Assembly: GCA_008632985.1 (NCBI GenBank)
Contig: QPGO01000151.1
Span: 62,001 to 126,000, forward strand
Source of the DNA: Psammoneis japonica
Taxonomy: Eukaryota
Length of the DNA: 64,000 bases
Reading direction: 5' to 3'
Shown here: positions 11,680-23,411 of the stretch, one piece after another
Numbering within the stretch: position 1 is the first letter of the stretch
How the letters are laid out: each line of letters begins with the position of its first letter
Notes under the pieces: model-generated
Databases searched by the model: none
Told to the model about the DNA's origin: nothing
The model's input: only the letters and a program-made list of their open reading frames with translations
Program-made: the position numbers and the translations under genes

Positions 11680-11893
11680 CAGCAGGCAGGACCTTTTGAT
11701 CCTTGCAAGCGCGCTCGACTGTCTTCGATGCGACGCACCGTTGAACAGCGGTGACAACCGCAAGGCAGACGTCGTTTGTACAGCATGTGACTGTTCTACC
11801 AGGTTACCATAGTTCTGCTAGACGCTTACCGTGCAGTACCGTAACTAGAGATCCCAATGGGAGAAAATTGTGTAAATCATCACCACATGCTGG

Positions 11894-12766
11894 CTACGGA
11901 TCTTTACTTAGAACCTTGACTAGAACGAAAATACCACCGGGAGCGTTCTGCTGAATTACCAACAACTCTGAATCCAGATACTTTACATCGAAGTACCCAG
12001 GTGAAGTTTCTGGGTCGATTCCCGGTATGCGTGGCAAATCAAATCCAAGAGGCGGCAAGAATCCATCCACATCTACTCCCAGGAACTCAACAGGCTGGAG
12101 TTTCACCTTTTCAAAGTCTAAACCAATTCTCATTGGCTGGTTCGCTCTAGACGAAGCTCTCGTTGTAACCTCCGCTCGAATTAGCGACGGCGGTACCAGC
12201 TTGGGAGGGAAGAGTGACTGAGCCTTGGGAATAAAATCAATAATGTTTGTGACAACGGGTGGCTCGAACACTTGATAAATGGCTCCGACTGTAAAAACCG
12301 GGGATGCCGCTAGAACTAAAACATCTTGAGCGGTGGTCCAAACCATGCGCCAGATTCCCTGAAGAGGAGACGGATCGGTATTTTGTGCACTGGACCCTAA
12401 AATACCACGGGAAGCGTCGGCTTCGGGGTTGAGCTTTTCCAAATCCGATAACAATTCCTCGACTTTTTGTCGGGCCGATTCCGTGGCTCCGTAGCCTCGG
12501 TCATAAGACGCGCCAAACTGTAAAAGCGATCGCTTCAGCGAATCCCGGAGTCCAGCGTCTATAGACAAATCATCCTGTACAGTATCGCCTGCCACACTCT
12601 CGTCAACAGCTGACCAGCATGTAGTTAAAGCGGGGTCGGGATTTCCTGCTGCACTCGCCTCTTTGCTCTTGACAAAACATGTTGGTATTGAACTGAACGC
12701 CTCAGTGCGAAAGAACAAAATTTGCATAAAGCATAGAGCGAGACATCCCACCACCGAATTTATCAT
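11894..12766 (-). CDS. Plastid lipid-associated protein / fibrillin (PAP_fibrillin) with bipartite plastid targeting
   Basis: Signal peptide ending TEA|FSS (diatom ASAFAP-like); LQGIWRMVWTT and GYFDVKYLDSELLV..GGIFVLVK fibrillin motifs; intact 290-aa ORF. Confidence 0.85.
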   Translation of the reverse strand: MINSVVGCLALCFMQILFFRTEAFSSIPTCFVKSKEASAAGNPDPALTTCWSAVDESVAGDTVQDDLSIDAGLRDSLKRSLLQFGASYDRGYGATESARQKVEELLSDLEKLNPEADASRGILGSSAQNTDPSPLQGIWRMVWTTAQDVLVLAASPVFTVGAIYQVFEPPVVTNIIDFIPKAQSLFPPKLVPPSLIRAEVTTRASSRANQPMRIGLDFEKVKLQPVEFLGVDVDGFLPPLGFDLPRIPGIDPETSPGYFDVKYLDSELLVIQQNAPGGIFVLVKVLSKDP

Positions 12767-13080
12767 TTAGAATGCTTTCTTTCTATGAACTCCAAGTGCA
12801 CAACAACACACCCTTTGACTTTGAAACGAAGTACAAATAAAGTATTATATACAGTGGTTTCCATAGCATCGACATGCAGGCGCCCAACCCTGTGGAAAAC
12901 CTCCGCGCGCCAAATCGTGACGTCATCACTTACACTCACCGCCCGCTACCATGCACTGCATGCATCCAAGTTCGAAGTTGGAAGTTGAATCGGAATCGGA
13001 TCATTCTGATTCACCTTCATCAACCTTGATTGAAAGGACGACTCTCCGACAGAACCAAGTTCTATAACAATCCATAAAAC

Positions 13081-14782
13081 ATGTCTGCATGGTATGTCAA
13101 AATGACGACGTAAGCGCTGTACTGCACAAGATGAGCGAATACTTCTCTCAATTTCTTTTTCGTTTGACTCATGAACACAGGGGCTCCGGAGGTCTTGCCA
13201 AGTCTTGCAATGCCTTGTTGACCAGAGTAGAGAACAACGATCCAACCTTGGATGATTTGGTGATACTTCCTTCAAAGACATTTGGAGAAGATGAAGCAAA
13301 CCGCATTTCTGCTGCTGTTGGTACGTGCAGACATCGCGGTTCGCCTGATCGCAACGCTGACTGTTGCTCACAATAGCTTGAACCATCGAACAACAGAAAA
13401 TAAAAGCAACACTCGCTTAAAGTCGTTGTCCGCCTCGGGACATGCTTTGCCATTGCCCGCCCTAAAACGGTTGGGCTCAGCAATGTCCTTACCACATTCA
13501 AATATTGTACATCTTGCTGTCGGCGATAGAAGTTTAGGAGACCATGGGGCAATGGCCTTATGCTCTTCGTTAGAGTCCTCTCGTGGTGGATCGCTTGAAA
13601 GCATAGATTTGGAATGGAAGGGATTGTAAGATACAGGTGTTTCTTGCATCTTGGTTTCGTTTCATTGTCTGTTTTTCCTTGAATGAATTTCTAATGTTTC
13701 TTCTTTCGCAATCGTACAATGCTCAGATCGGTCGATGCCATGGCCGCTCTCGGAAATGCTTTGGTTCTAGCCAAAGATTGCGATATCTTAACTTGTCGCG
13801 TAATGATGGTATCGGTGACGCTGGGGTTGCTGAATTTTGTAGATGCGCAGTATCCGACAAGTCTGTGGTCCCGTTTCCGAAGTTAGAATACCTCGATTTG
13901 TCAGACTGCGGAATTGGGCCGACCGGTGTATCTTGCCTAGTCGAATGTTTGAAGACAAAAATATCTTTAGACTCAAAACAAAATTTGCCCATGGAGTTGA
14001 AGCTGAGCTCAAATCCGCTGGGGCCGAATGGTTGCGCATCGATGTCGAAACTTCTCCGTGGGAAATCAGCCCTTACGTCACTCTCTATTTCAAAGTGCGA
14101 GGCTGGCGACGAGGGCATTCAAATGTTATCGGAACAATCGATCAAAGAACCATACAACCGGCTTCAGAAGCTGGACATTTCAGAAAATGGAGTCGGTGCA
14201 CCGGGCATAGCTGCTCTTGCAAAGTCGCTGTGGCGTGATGGTAGTTCGTGTTGGATAAGTCTGTCTCGCATTTTTCTTGCCGGAAACGATCTAGGTGAGC
14301 GCGGCGTCAAGTACCTAGCAGAAGCACTTTATCGAATTGAAAGTTGTGATGAGCAAGATGATCAATCTGTCGAAGGAAATATCACCATACGCGAGCTGGA
14401 CCTAAGCCAGACATGTTGTGGTGTTGGAGGAGCAGACGCTATTGTTCGGTGCGGGAGGCTCTCATCCTTGAGATTGTTCAACAACAAGCTCGGTTCTGAA
14501 GGATTTAAATCTTTATCAGCTGTCCTTCGTGGTGGTCATCCGTCAATAGAAAGCCTAGATTTGGGTGGGAATAACGCTGATCTGGACTCCGTCCTTGAGC
14601 TTCTGCATGCATTGACAGAGACAACACACGTTGATTCAAAGCTGCAAGTACTTGAAATTGGCGGGAACCAATGTGGTGACGATGTTGAAGAGGCAATCCA
14701 AAAGTTGCAACGTGTCCGGCCCAGTCTAGATGTGGCACGTGATCGTCCAAGAGGAGGTCAGGCGGGCCAAATGAAGACATGA
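13081..14782 (+). CDS. RNI-like leucine-rich repeat protein (4 exons, one apparent -1 frameshift)
   Basis: Exons ~13081-13091, 13181-13321, 13397-13625 and 13727-14782 with GT-AG introns give [27 protein letters not shown]. Many LxxLxLxxNxIG repeats follow. Frame break near 13750-13762. Confidence 0.8.
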
Positions 14783-15149
14783 CAACCTCGCTGTTAATCA
14801 TTCAAAATGGGATATGAGATGATCATAGAACTTCGCTTTTTTCACATTTGCCCTCTTGAGACGTTCATGCTCATCCATTCTCCTTCACCTGGTCGCACTG
14901 CGCGCCTGCCTAGACAACAGGCGGTCGTTGCATTGTGCCTCTAGCTACCGTAAGGCCCGAAGTTTAGACACTTACCCTCTCTCTAGAGTAGCAGCTAGCT
15001 ACTCTAGAGCTACTACCGGTAGTAGAGGACCGGCAGCACAACTTGACACCGTGAGATCCGCGCGACAATCGCGAGTCTTGCACGGTCTGTCTCCAGAGAT
15101 GTCTCTAACTCACTTTACACCAGATGCTTGGCAAAACTTTACTAACGGA

Positions 15150-17480
15150 ATGGATCTGGGCTGCGAGTCAAGGAGGAGGCTGATGGGTCCCAATTTGTGC
15201 AGTCCCAGTGGTGGCTGACTCACTCACTTTGCACCAAAAGCTTGGCAAAGAATTTGCAAATGGGGCGGCTCTGTGGGCCGTGGCCGAGAGTCAATGATGA
15301 GGCTGGTGGGTCCTGATTTGTGCAGTCCCAGTGCAGTGGTGGCTGATTGTCAATGTGCCTCACCCTCTTCATCATTGTGTGACCCTCCCTCACCCTCTGC
15401 ATCATTGTTCATTCCTGCATCCCACCCTGTGCCTCAATTCTTGACTTTCACTGCCAGCTGTGCTGGTCAATTTGTGCCTTCATGCTCTTCTTCTGCTGTC
15501 AGGGTATCCAATGCACAAGCAGCTTTTAGCTTGACAGCAATATTGGCCCAAGAAGCTGACTGAGTTTAATTTTGATCAAGAGCATTTGCACTGCACCAGA
15601 GAAACAGGTGGGAGTTGGTGGCTGAGATGCCACATTTTCATCAATCATTTGCCCTGAAACTTTTGCAGATGGCACAAAACCCAGGCACCATTTCTGGTGC
15701 CTGTCCACACCTGTTTTCCTGTCCCCACACATCTTTCCAGCTCCTTGACGTTGTCATCATCACCCAAGTCAAAGCCAATGGCACTCCTAACTTCCTCTTT
15801 TTTGTGGCTGGTCCTTGACTTCTTGTTTGTGCTCTCTCTGTGGGCCCAAAAGGGGCTGTTCTCCAGTTGCACTTTGTCTTGTTTTGTTTTCCTTCTTTTG
15901 CTGCTTCCTCCCAACAAAGTGAAACTTTTCTCATGGCAGGAGGGGAGCAGGAGTTGCTGGTGATGTTTGCTTCTGCCTTTTTCTCCAGGTGCAAGAGACA
16001 TTTGAGTTTGCACTCAGCAGCAGAAAACCCCGGCACCTGCAATGGCCAGCCCCAGTTGGTCCACTGAAAGGGGCTTTCTCTACCTGCACTTCTTTGGTGT
16101 TCTCATTGAAATTTCCACTGCGGGCAGAGCAGCAGGAGGTGTTGGCAATGTTTGCTTCTCTTCCTTTTCTCTGGGCCCCGCACAAGATCACTTGGCTGGC
16201 AGCAGGAAGCCAGCGTCTGGCACAGCCAGTCAGTGGGCCTGCTTGAGCCAAACAAGCCTGTTGTGGTGCAGGCTGGCTTTTGACCGTTTTGATTTTCCTT
16301 GGCACCATTTGCAAAGACAAAATCTTGCCCAGTGTGGCACCTCTTCTGCCTTGACAATGACTTTTTCTTCTTTTGTGCTGTGCCAGTGGGGAGGAGTCAG
16401 CTGTTTTGCTGCCACTGCTCATTGTTGCTTGTCGTGCTGGTGCTGCTTTTTTGGGCTGTGTTGCTGGCTGGACAGAGCAGATTTGCTCATCTTAACAATG
16501 GCAGCCTTCTGCCCTTCTCTGGGAACTTGTGCCGGCTTCAAGAACATGTCTTTGATGATGCCATGCAATGGGCAAGCTCTGGATCTCTGGGGGTGTTGCA
16601 AAACTCTCACAGAAGGGAGGGCTGTGACATTGTTCACATTTTTTGATTCTCAGTGCAAAACTCATGTGCACTTCCTCTGTGACACTTGTGACTTTGGACT
16701 CATTTCATGTCAGTTTGCAGCACAATGTTGGGCCATCCACTGACAACTTTCAACTTTTTTTTGCACAGCAGCTGTGCTCTTCTCTTTTGCATCTGCAAGC
16801 AGAGTGCCATCCAGCCCTCCCTGTGCACGAGGATTTTCCAAAATTTCAAGTGTGCAAAAAAAGGCACAAGAACAGCAACACAAAAGTGGCCAGTCTTTTG
16901 ATGTTGAAGACAAACATTTTGCTTCCCAACATGCAAGCTGCGGAGCTTGTGCACACAGAGAGTCGACACTTGCTCTTGCACATGTTGGGTGGCACTTGCC
17001 TTGTTTCCAGGCCAAGAAAGTTGCTGGCCCAGCATGATCTGATGCCCTTGTGCTCATTTTTGTGCTGGGCAGTGCACGTTGCTCTGGTGCTGGGGTGTGC
17101 GACTGCAGGCTGGGGGGGGGCACAGAAAAATTTTTGTTGGTGCAGCCGTGGTGCAGAGGAGTGACTGCAGGAATGGGCCACACATTTCATGGGAATGTGC
17201 TGCTGGCCCAACTTTGCAGAAAGCAGTGCCCGCCCCCCGTTTTCAGGTGCTGGTGTGTGCCCTCGGCAGCAACTCTCTGTGCTGTGATGGCGTGCTTCCC
17301 CCAGCCCTTTGGCTGCCTGGTGTGTGCTCTGCGGCTGCTCTTGGCATGCTAGCTCCACGGCTGCTGTGAGCCACTGGTGGGGCCTTGCCACGGCTGCACC
17401 GGAAGAGAGCTGAGCCATCATTTTGTGTTCCCTGGCCAACGGTTGGTGTGCATGCTGCCGCCCGGATGCGCAAGAGCAAA
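15150..17480. other. TpA/CpG-depleted block 3
   Basis: TA nearly absent; local duplication at ~15155-15220 and 15270-15347; no recognisable intact ORF. Confidence 0.8.
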
Positions 17481-17632
17481 GGGAAGGTGCATGAAGGAAT
17501 CCGGAATCAGATCTCACCGGGGTGGGTAATGGCGGGAAAATCTTGCCGCCCGGCATTCGGCATTCCAATTCGATCGGCGAAACAACACAAAACCTGCGAA
17601 GTGAAGAAGGCCATTCTTTGAAAGCGTCGACA

Positions 17633-17963
17633 ATGGGACAAGCATCATCAAAAGCACCAGAGGCACCAAAAGTACCTCCCTCTGTAAGTTTAGGGTTGAT
17701 TGATTTAGAGTTTTTTACATGCCTCCTGTGCTTCGACATGCCACCGGATTGAAAGCGTCATCCCTCACCCTCCTTTTCTCCGCACCCTGAATCAGCAAAA
17801 GGTGGGTATCAAATCGGGGAAGAAAATCTGCTGTTGTTGCCCGGAAACCAAAAAGGCTCGAGATGAATGTGTGGTTTTCAAAGGAGAAGAGCACGCGGAC
17901 TGCATCAAGTTGATTGAAGCACACAAGGCGTGCTTACGTTCAGAAGGGTTCGATGTGAAGTAA
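17633..17963 (+). CDS. COX17: Mitochondrial copper chaperone COX17 (2 exons, 68 aa)
   Basis: Exon 1 17633-17671 ([13 protein letters not shown]); intron 17672-17795; exon 2 17796-17963 [55 protein letters not shown], which has the CCxC and twin Cx9C signature. Confidence 0.93.
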
Positions 17964-18326
17964 GAGATTGAGAACGCTAGATTATTAGAGAGCAGCATTT
18001 TGGATGATAGCATTGGTCATTCATGTTTCAATGACGAAGATATCGAAATAAGAATCCTTTTGCGCTCGTGCCTTATCTGGTGAATGGATGTAGGCTTGGA
18101 GCATCTGAATCACCCTTCTCATTTCTAGTACCGTATGAGGTGGAACATACCAGAAGACTACTGCTACTTTCAGATACTTTGGTCGAGGAGCTTTCAGTTG
18201 CAAATCGATCATTGAGTCATTATGCATGCCCTAATGCTATTCCTTCAGGAGCGCCTTGAGCGTTAAATTCTAGTTCGGCGACGATCGACGCTAATAGACC
18301 CATCAACTGATGTGTTCCACTGGAAA

Positions 18327-19277
18327 CTACACCTCCTCCATTTCGCGATGAGTATCTGTCCCCGCTCCACCCTGCTGTGCTCCCGTGGCTGAAGCCGCAG
18401 TTGCTGTGAGTGCAAGCCCTGCATTCGCAGTGGCTTCGTTCGAGGGCAGACCCGGCATTGTAGCAACGTGCACTTTTCGGTATTCCAAAAGCACCGGATA
18501 AAGCTTTGACAGAGCCTCTTTTAAATCGTCAAGCGAGCGGGCGCCCGTCATGACCACTTTTCCCGACACAAATATGAGGAAGACGACACGGGGACTGACC
18601 AACCGATAAATAAGTCCGGGAAAAAGCTCCGGCTCATAACTCGCAAAAGCCGAGTGTGCATATACGAGTCCCTCTAATCGGATAGGAAATCCCACATCTG
18701 CGGTACCGACAATGTTTTGAACTTTGAAATCAATATATTCCTGCGGTTTGAATCCAACACGCTCCACAATTACGGCAAACGTCTTGGCAGCGAGGGATGC
18801 ATTGTGGGCTGACTTGACACCCGTAATACACATTTTTCCTGATGCAAACATTAGAGCTGTTGCACGGGGTTCCCTCAAACGCATAATGACAGCACCGAAC
18901 CGACGTGGATTGAACTCCGTGTTTCGGCATTTGAGCGCAATTCTCTTCAAATCTAGACGCACACCCAAGTTGGCTGTACCAAAAAAGCGTCAGACCGAAG
19001 CCATCAGATAAGTTAAAATGTCGAGCGTATGATACAAAATGACATGAGTACACCTCCATCAACCACGACACGAATAATAATCAGTCGATATTAATACACA
19101 AGTCTGCCGAGAACGACACTTACCAGTTGACGAAATATTCTGTATTCGGATCAGGGTTTTACCTCCGAGGCCATCTGAGGCCTCAATCACAGAACCTGCC
19201 ACGCTTGGAGCATGAGAAGCAGGTACACGAGGACTTTCGGAAGCTCCGTCACCTTCTCTAGCATCTGTACTCGCCAT
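18327..19277 (-). CDS. TBP: TATA-box binding protein (2 exons)
   Basis: Exon 1 19277-19124 (...IRIQNISST); intron 19123-18974; exon 2 [36 protein letters not shown]...[12 protein letters not shown], the canonical TBP repeats. Confidence 0.97.
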
Positions 19278-19512
19278 GGATAAGTTGAGACGTGCTACGA
19301 CTTCTGCTTTGCTTTTGTTGCCGGTTGCAAGTAACGCTATTGGTAGGATGTTGTCGTCGTGTCTGTCGTGTCTGTTGTTCTTATCTCGATCGAATAAGTA
19401 AGGTCCGTCCGTCGGTCCTTCTCCTCCTCGTCTCACCAGCCGCATGCGCACTCATCTCACCACTCACCACCAGCCACCACTCCACAATGAACGAACAACA
19501 TCAAAAGTTGCC

Positions 19513-20021
19513 ATGGTGACAAGCTTGCAGCAAGCGTCTACTACATCGAAAGGTGGTCCAGAAGTGTCGCGGAAGGGAGCCTTCGAAACGTGTTTTGCAG
19601 CCGGCTTAGATTTGTCGAAACTCACAACGTCGTCATCGGCAAGCATTCAAGGGAGTCGATCAAGTGCTTCGGCAGAGCTGTTGACTATCAAACAAAAGCA
19701 ACTCGAGAAGTCTTATCGGGAAGAACAGGAAGAGGTCAGAATAGAAAATCTTACAAATGAAAGAGTAAAACGCTTGCGAGAATCGCCCGACAAAGTGCCG
19801 TTGCCACCGAAAGAAACTGCTGTCTCTGGACGAGACCTACTCGCGTCAACGAATGTGTTTTCTACCCTTGTCTCCATGCACAAAGGTGATGATGCTGGCA
19901 ATGATAACTTAGATTGTCCAAGAACAGAACAAGAAGGCGGACGTTGGGAGGAAAATTGAAAGAAAAACCCATCATCGAAATCCAAAGTGGTCAGGAAGTA
20001 AGCCGTCGCTCCAAGTACTAG
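19513..20021 (+). CDS. Hypothetical protein, divergent from TBP
   Basis: ORF from ATG 19513 (MVTSLQQ) with normal composition. In-frame stop at 19959; a basic tail (..SRRSKY*) in a shifted frame ends near 20021. Confidence 0.45.
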
Positions 20022-20533
20022 TAGTGGCAACGTTAGAATTGCAGCTGTACTGCCACTGAATTTCCACGAAGCGCTACAGGTTCCAACCGTGAAACGGCAA
20101 TCGTTGTGAACCGCGGCCGAAAGCTGCGGATCATTTCCCATTTTGCTCCATCAGATTCATTGAGCACAAATTTCTACCTTTCAAACCTCCAGCTCTAAGG
20201 TCGTTCTCTTGGTTAAAGGCTAGGGCTAGCCCTCTAGAGAGCCCTCTATCCATACTATCTCTACTATTGTCTGTACTCTAGCTCTCTAGAGTAGAGAGTA
20301 GCAACTTCTACCGGCGAACTGATGTTGATTTTGGCAATCGCCTTTGGCCGGGATAGAGGACGCGACAAAGACGACTAATTCGAATGAAACCCCGCGCCAC
20401 CGCGTGCGCGCGACATAAATGTCACACCCAGTCACAATGAGCACCGAACGACGACCGTTCCTACTTCGCATCAGTTTCTTTGACTCTAAACGTAGCTCCC
20501 TTATAGCAATACCCGACGATTCAATACCATAAC

Positions 20534-23340
20534 ATGTCTCGGTAAGAAGGTTTATGAAAAGCAAAGTATGTAATTTTTGGATGAGAGACGATCGAGTTCT
20601 AATAAGTGCGTCTCCCTTTCTGAAGTTGGCTCTCATCAGTCAACACACTGTTAGAACAGCTTGACGGGAAAGTAGAAACAGCGGTTGAAGATCAAATACA
20701 TCGTGACGAAGATGACGATCAGCAGGGAGTCCAAAATGATGTGCTTGAAGATATACTATCCAAAAGAGGTTGGTAGACGAGGCGGAGCTGGAAGGTACCG
20801 AATCTGAAGAGCCGAAACAGAACGAAACGGATGATAGCGCTGACCCGGATGCCATTCCGGAAGCTGTCGCCGAAGCAGAACCGGCTGCTGAAATAGAACC
20901 AAGTGTGGAAAATGATAAGGAGACTCCAGGAGAACAAGATGATCAGTTAGAAACCAATCTCACAGCGCAGCCGGTGGAGACAACAACAGAAGTGTCTGAC
21001 GAAGTCCACGAAGGTAAAGAAAAGGACATTGAGCATGCTGAAGCCGAAGTAGAAAACTCAGAGATCAACTTAGATGAACTAGAGACTTCCGAAAAAGAGC
21101 CCTCCGCGTCAGTGCTGGTGGACCAACCTGAACCGACTCAACCACCTACGTCTGCGTCCGTGGATCAAGCAAAACCGACTAAGCAACCTGAATCAGTGGC
21201 GGAAGATCAGCCTGAACCAACTCAACCACCTCCACCAGCAGTTCCTCCTGCGCCGTCGAGAGGAAAAGATACAGAAACCTTAGTAGCGGAATTGAGGGAG
21301 GCACAAAAAGAGGCACGAACCCTGCGTCGACACGTTATTTCACTCAACACTCATTTGGAAGCCGCTGAGGCAGAGATTAGCGCTCAACGAACCGAGTTGG
21401 AGCGAGCGGCAGAGCGTATGGAAAAGGACCGTACTCGTTACAAGGATGAAAAGGAGAAATTAGTTGCTCGTCATGGCGAAGAGATAAAGTCTATTCGTCA
21501 GCAACACGACTTAGTGATTGCTGATCAAAAGAAAAGGTCAGATGAGCAACTAGAGGAAGCGAGAAAACGTATGATGGAGCTGGAGGAGCGTCGAATGCAA
21601 GAGGGTGGAGACTGGACTAAAGAGCTGGAGGAAGCGATTAAGCGGGAACAAGCTACAGTACAGCGACAAGTCGCTCTCGAGTAAGAAGCTATTGTGATGT
21701 GCGTTTCAGCGTGATTTACCTTCATTCTTTTACTGATGTGTAGTTTCTTCAATTCGTTGACAGGAATGAAAAGTCAACGCTACTTTCACAGCTTTCTACG
21801 TTGCAGTCGCAGCAGGCGGCTCTTGAAAGCCGTTTAGAATCTGTGACACAAACAGCTGAGACAGCCATGAATAGGGAACGAGAATCAGAAGACCGACTCG
21901 ACTCGGCTCTGTCACTCCACGCCCGACAGCTGAGTCAAAGGCAGGTAGGTCAAGCAGGTACCCTTTTCGTATTCGTTTTGGAAGCTTGTTTCCCACTTTT
22001 TTTTGTTGCTCTGGTCGATGCGATACCTTATCTGTAGGCACGAGAAGTTGAACTGGAACGCACAGTAGCGGAACTTGGTGCTGCTCTTGTCGTTGCAAGG
22101 AACCGCGAGATAAATCGACTAAAAGGTACTCAGGCTAGTGGAGAAATAACCGGTGGCTCGGAGGAACACACATCGCTAAGGACGAAGCTAGAAGCGTCTG
22201 AAGATGAGCTTGAGACTGTGAAGGCCCAACTTGAGCTGGAGCGCCAGCGAGTAAGTTACATCGTAGTATCGTTGCTGCGCTTCGTTTTCAGTTCGACGGG
22301 CCTCACTTTGCTGAACACAATTGGCTCGTTAAGTGTCCAAACGCTTCACCAGGAATTGCGTGACATGTCGCAAGAGAGAACAGAAGAGACATCAGCGGCT
22401 CATGCCAGGCAACGCAACCACGACCGTGAGCTTGCGGATATGACAGCGACGATATCGCGTCTACAAACAAAGTTGAGAGATTCAACGAAGGAAGCTTGTC
22501 GCGATCAGAGTGACTTGAGTGCGGATGATGCCTATTCAAAAGATGATGTTAGGATGAAAACTTTGACGGAACAGGTGCTCAAGCAGCAAGAGAAGATCGG
22601 AAACTACACAAGTGAAATATCTGCTCTCCGAAATCGCCTCCAAGCAGCTTTGAGACGAGCTGATAGCGCGGAACAGGCATTGACGGCGTCTGGAAATAGC
22701 GCTGACGCGTGGGACGCGTTGGAAAGAGGAATGACATCGGAGGATATGCCTGACGATTCATGGCGAAGAACAATGCGGAGGCGCGGAGCTAACCGAGGAG
22801 GACGAGCAGAGTCCTACGGTGGATCTATCCGTTCCGCAATTCGCCTGGCTCCCGGGCAAACGGAGAGGAAAGAAAAGATTGGTCGCGCAATTGATCACAT
22901 AGATCAGTGGTCCGTTGAAACCGGTACGGAGATTTGTCATTATGGGGCGTTGAATAATGCCTGTCAGACAGTGTTTGCTTCTGATAATTATATCTGCTCA
23001 CTGACATCCTGCCCCATTTTCTTATTCATTTTCCATATCCCTAGGGAAGTTTCTCCGTTTCAACCCTGTAGGTGCATGATGCCAATTGCCTGTGATACCG
23101 GTGTTCCATCGGATCCTTCTGACGCCCGTCTCTTTTTTGCTCCCTTCTACCTGTCAACAGCTTGCCAGGGGCGCCTTTCTCTTGTATCTGCTTATCCTTC
23201 ATATTTGGACATTCGTTTTGCTTATGTTCCACACGCACAACTTTGAAAACGTGCATGGAGACTTTGGCGCTGGAGGACATGCTCCTCATGGCCCACATGC
23301 TCTAATGCGCAACGAATCGCCGTCAATACCACACCCTTAG
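20534..23340 (+). CDS. Golgin-84 (GOLGA5)-like coiled-coil, tail-anchored protein, multi-exon
   Basis: Exon 1 ATGTCTCG (20534-20541) spliced to 20626 gives MSRWLSSVNTLLEQLD, a golgin-84-type N-terminus. Long coiled coil, then C-terminal FLRFNP-LARGAFLLYLLILHIWTFVLLMF transmembrane segment. Several GT-AG introns; -1 frame break at ~20770. Confidence 0.8.
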
Positions 23341-23411
23341 AGCTACAATACTAGGTACTCTAGTAGAATATAGCGAAGAAGACAATTATCTCTTATCACA
23401 CTGACTTTCTA

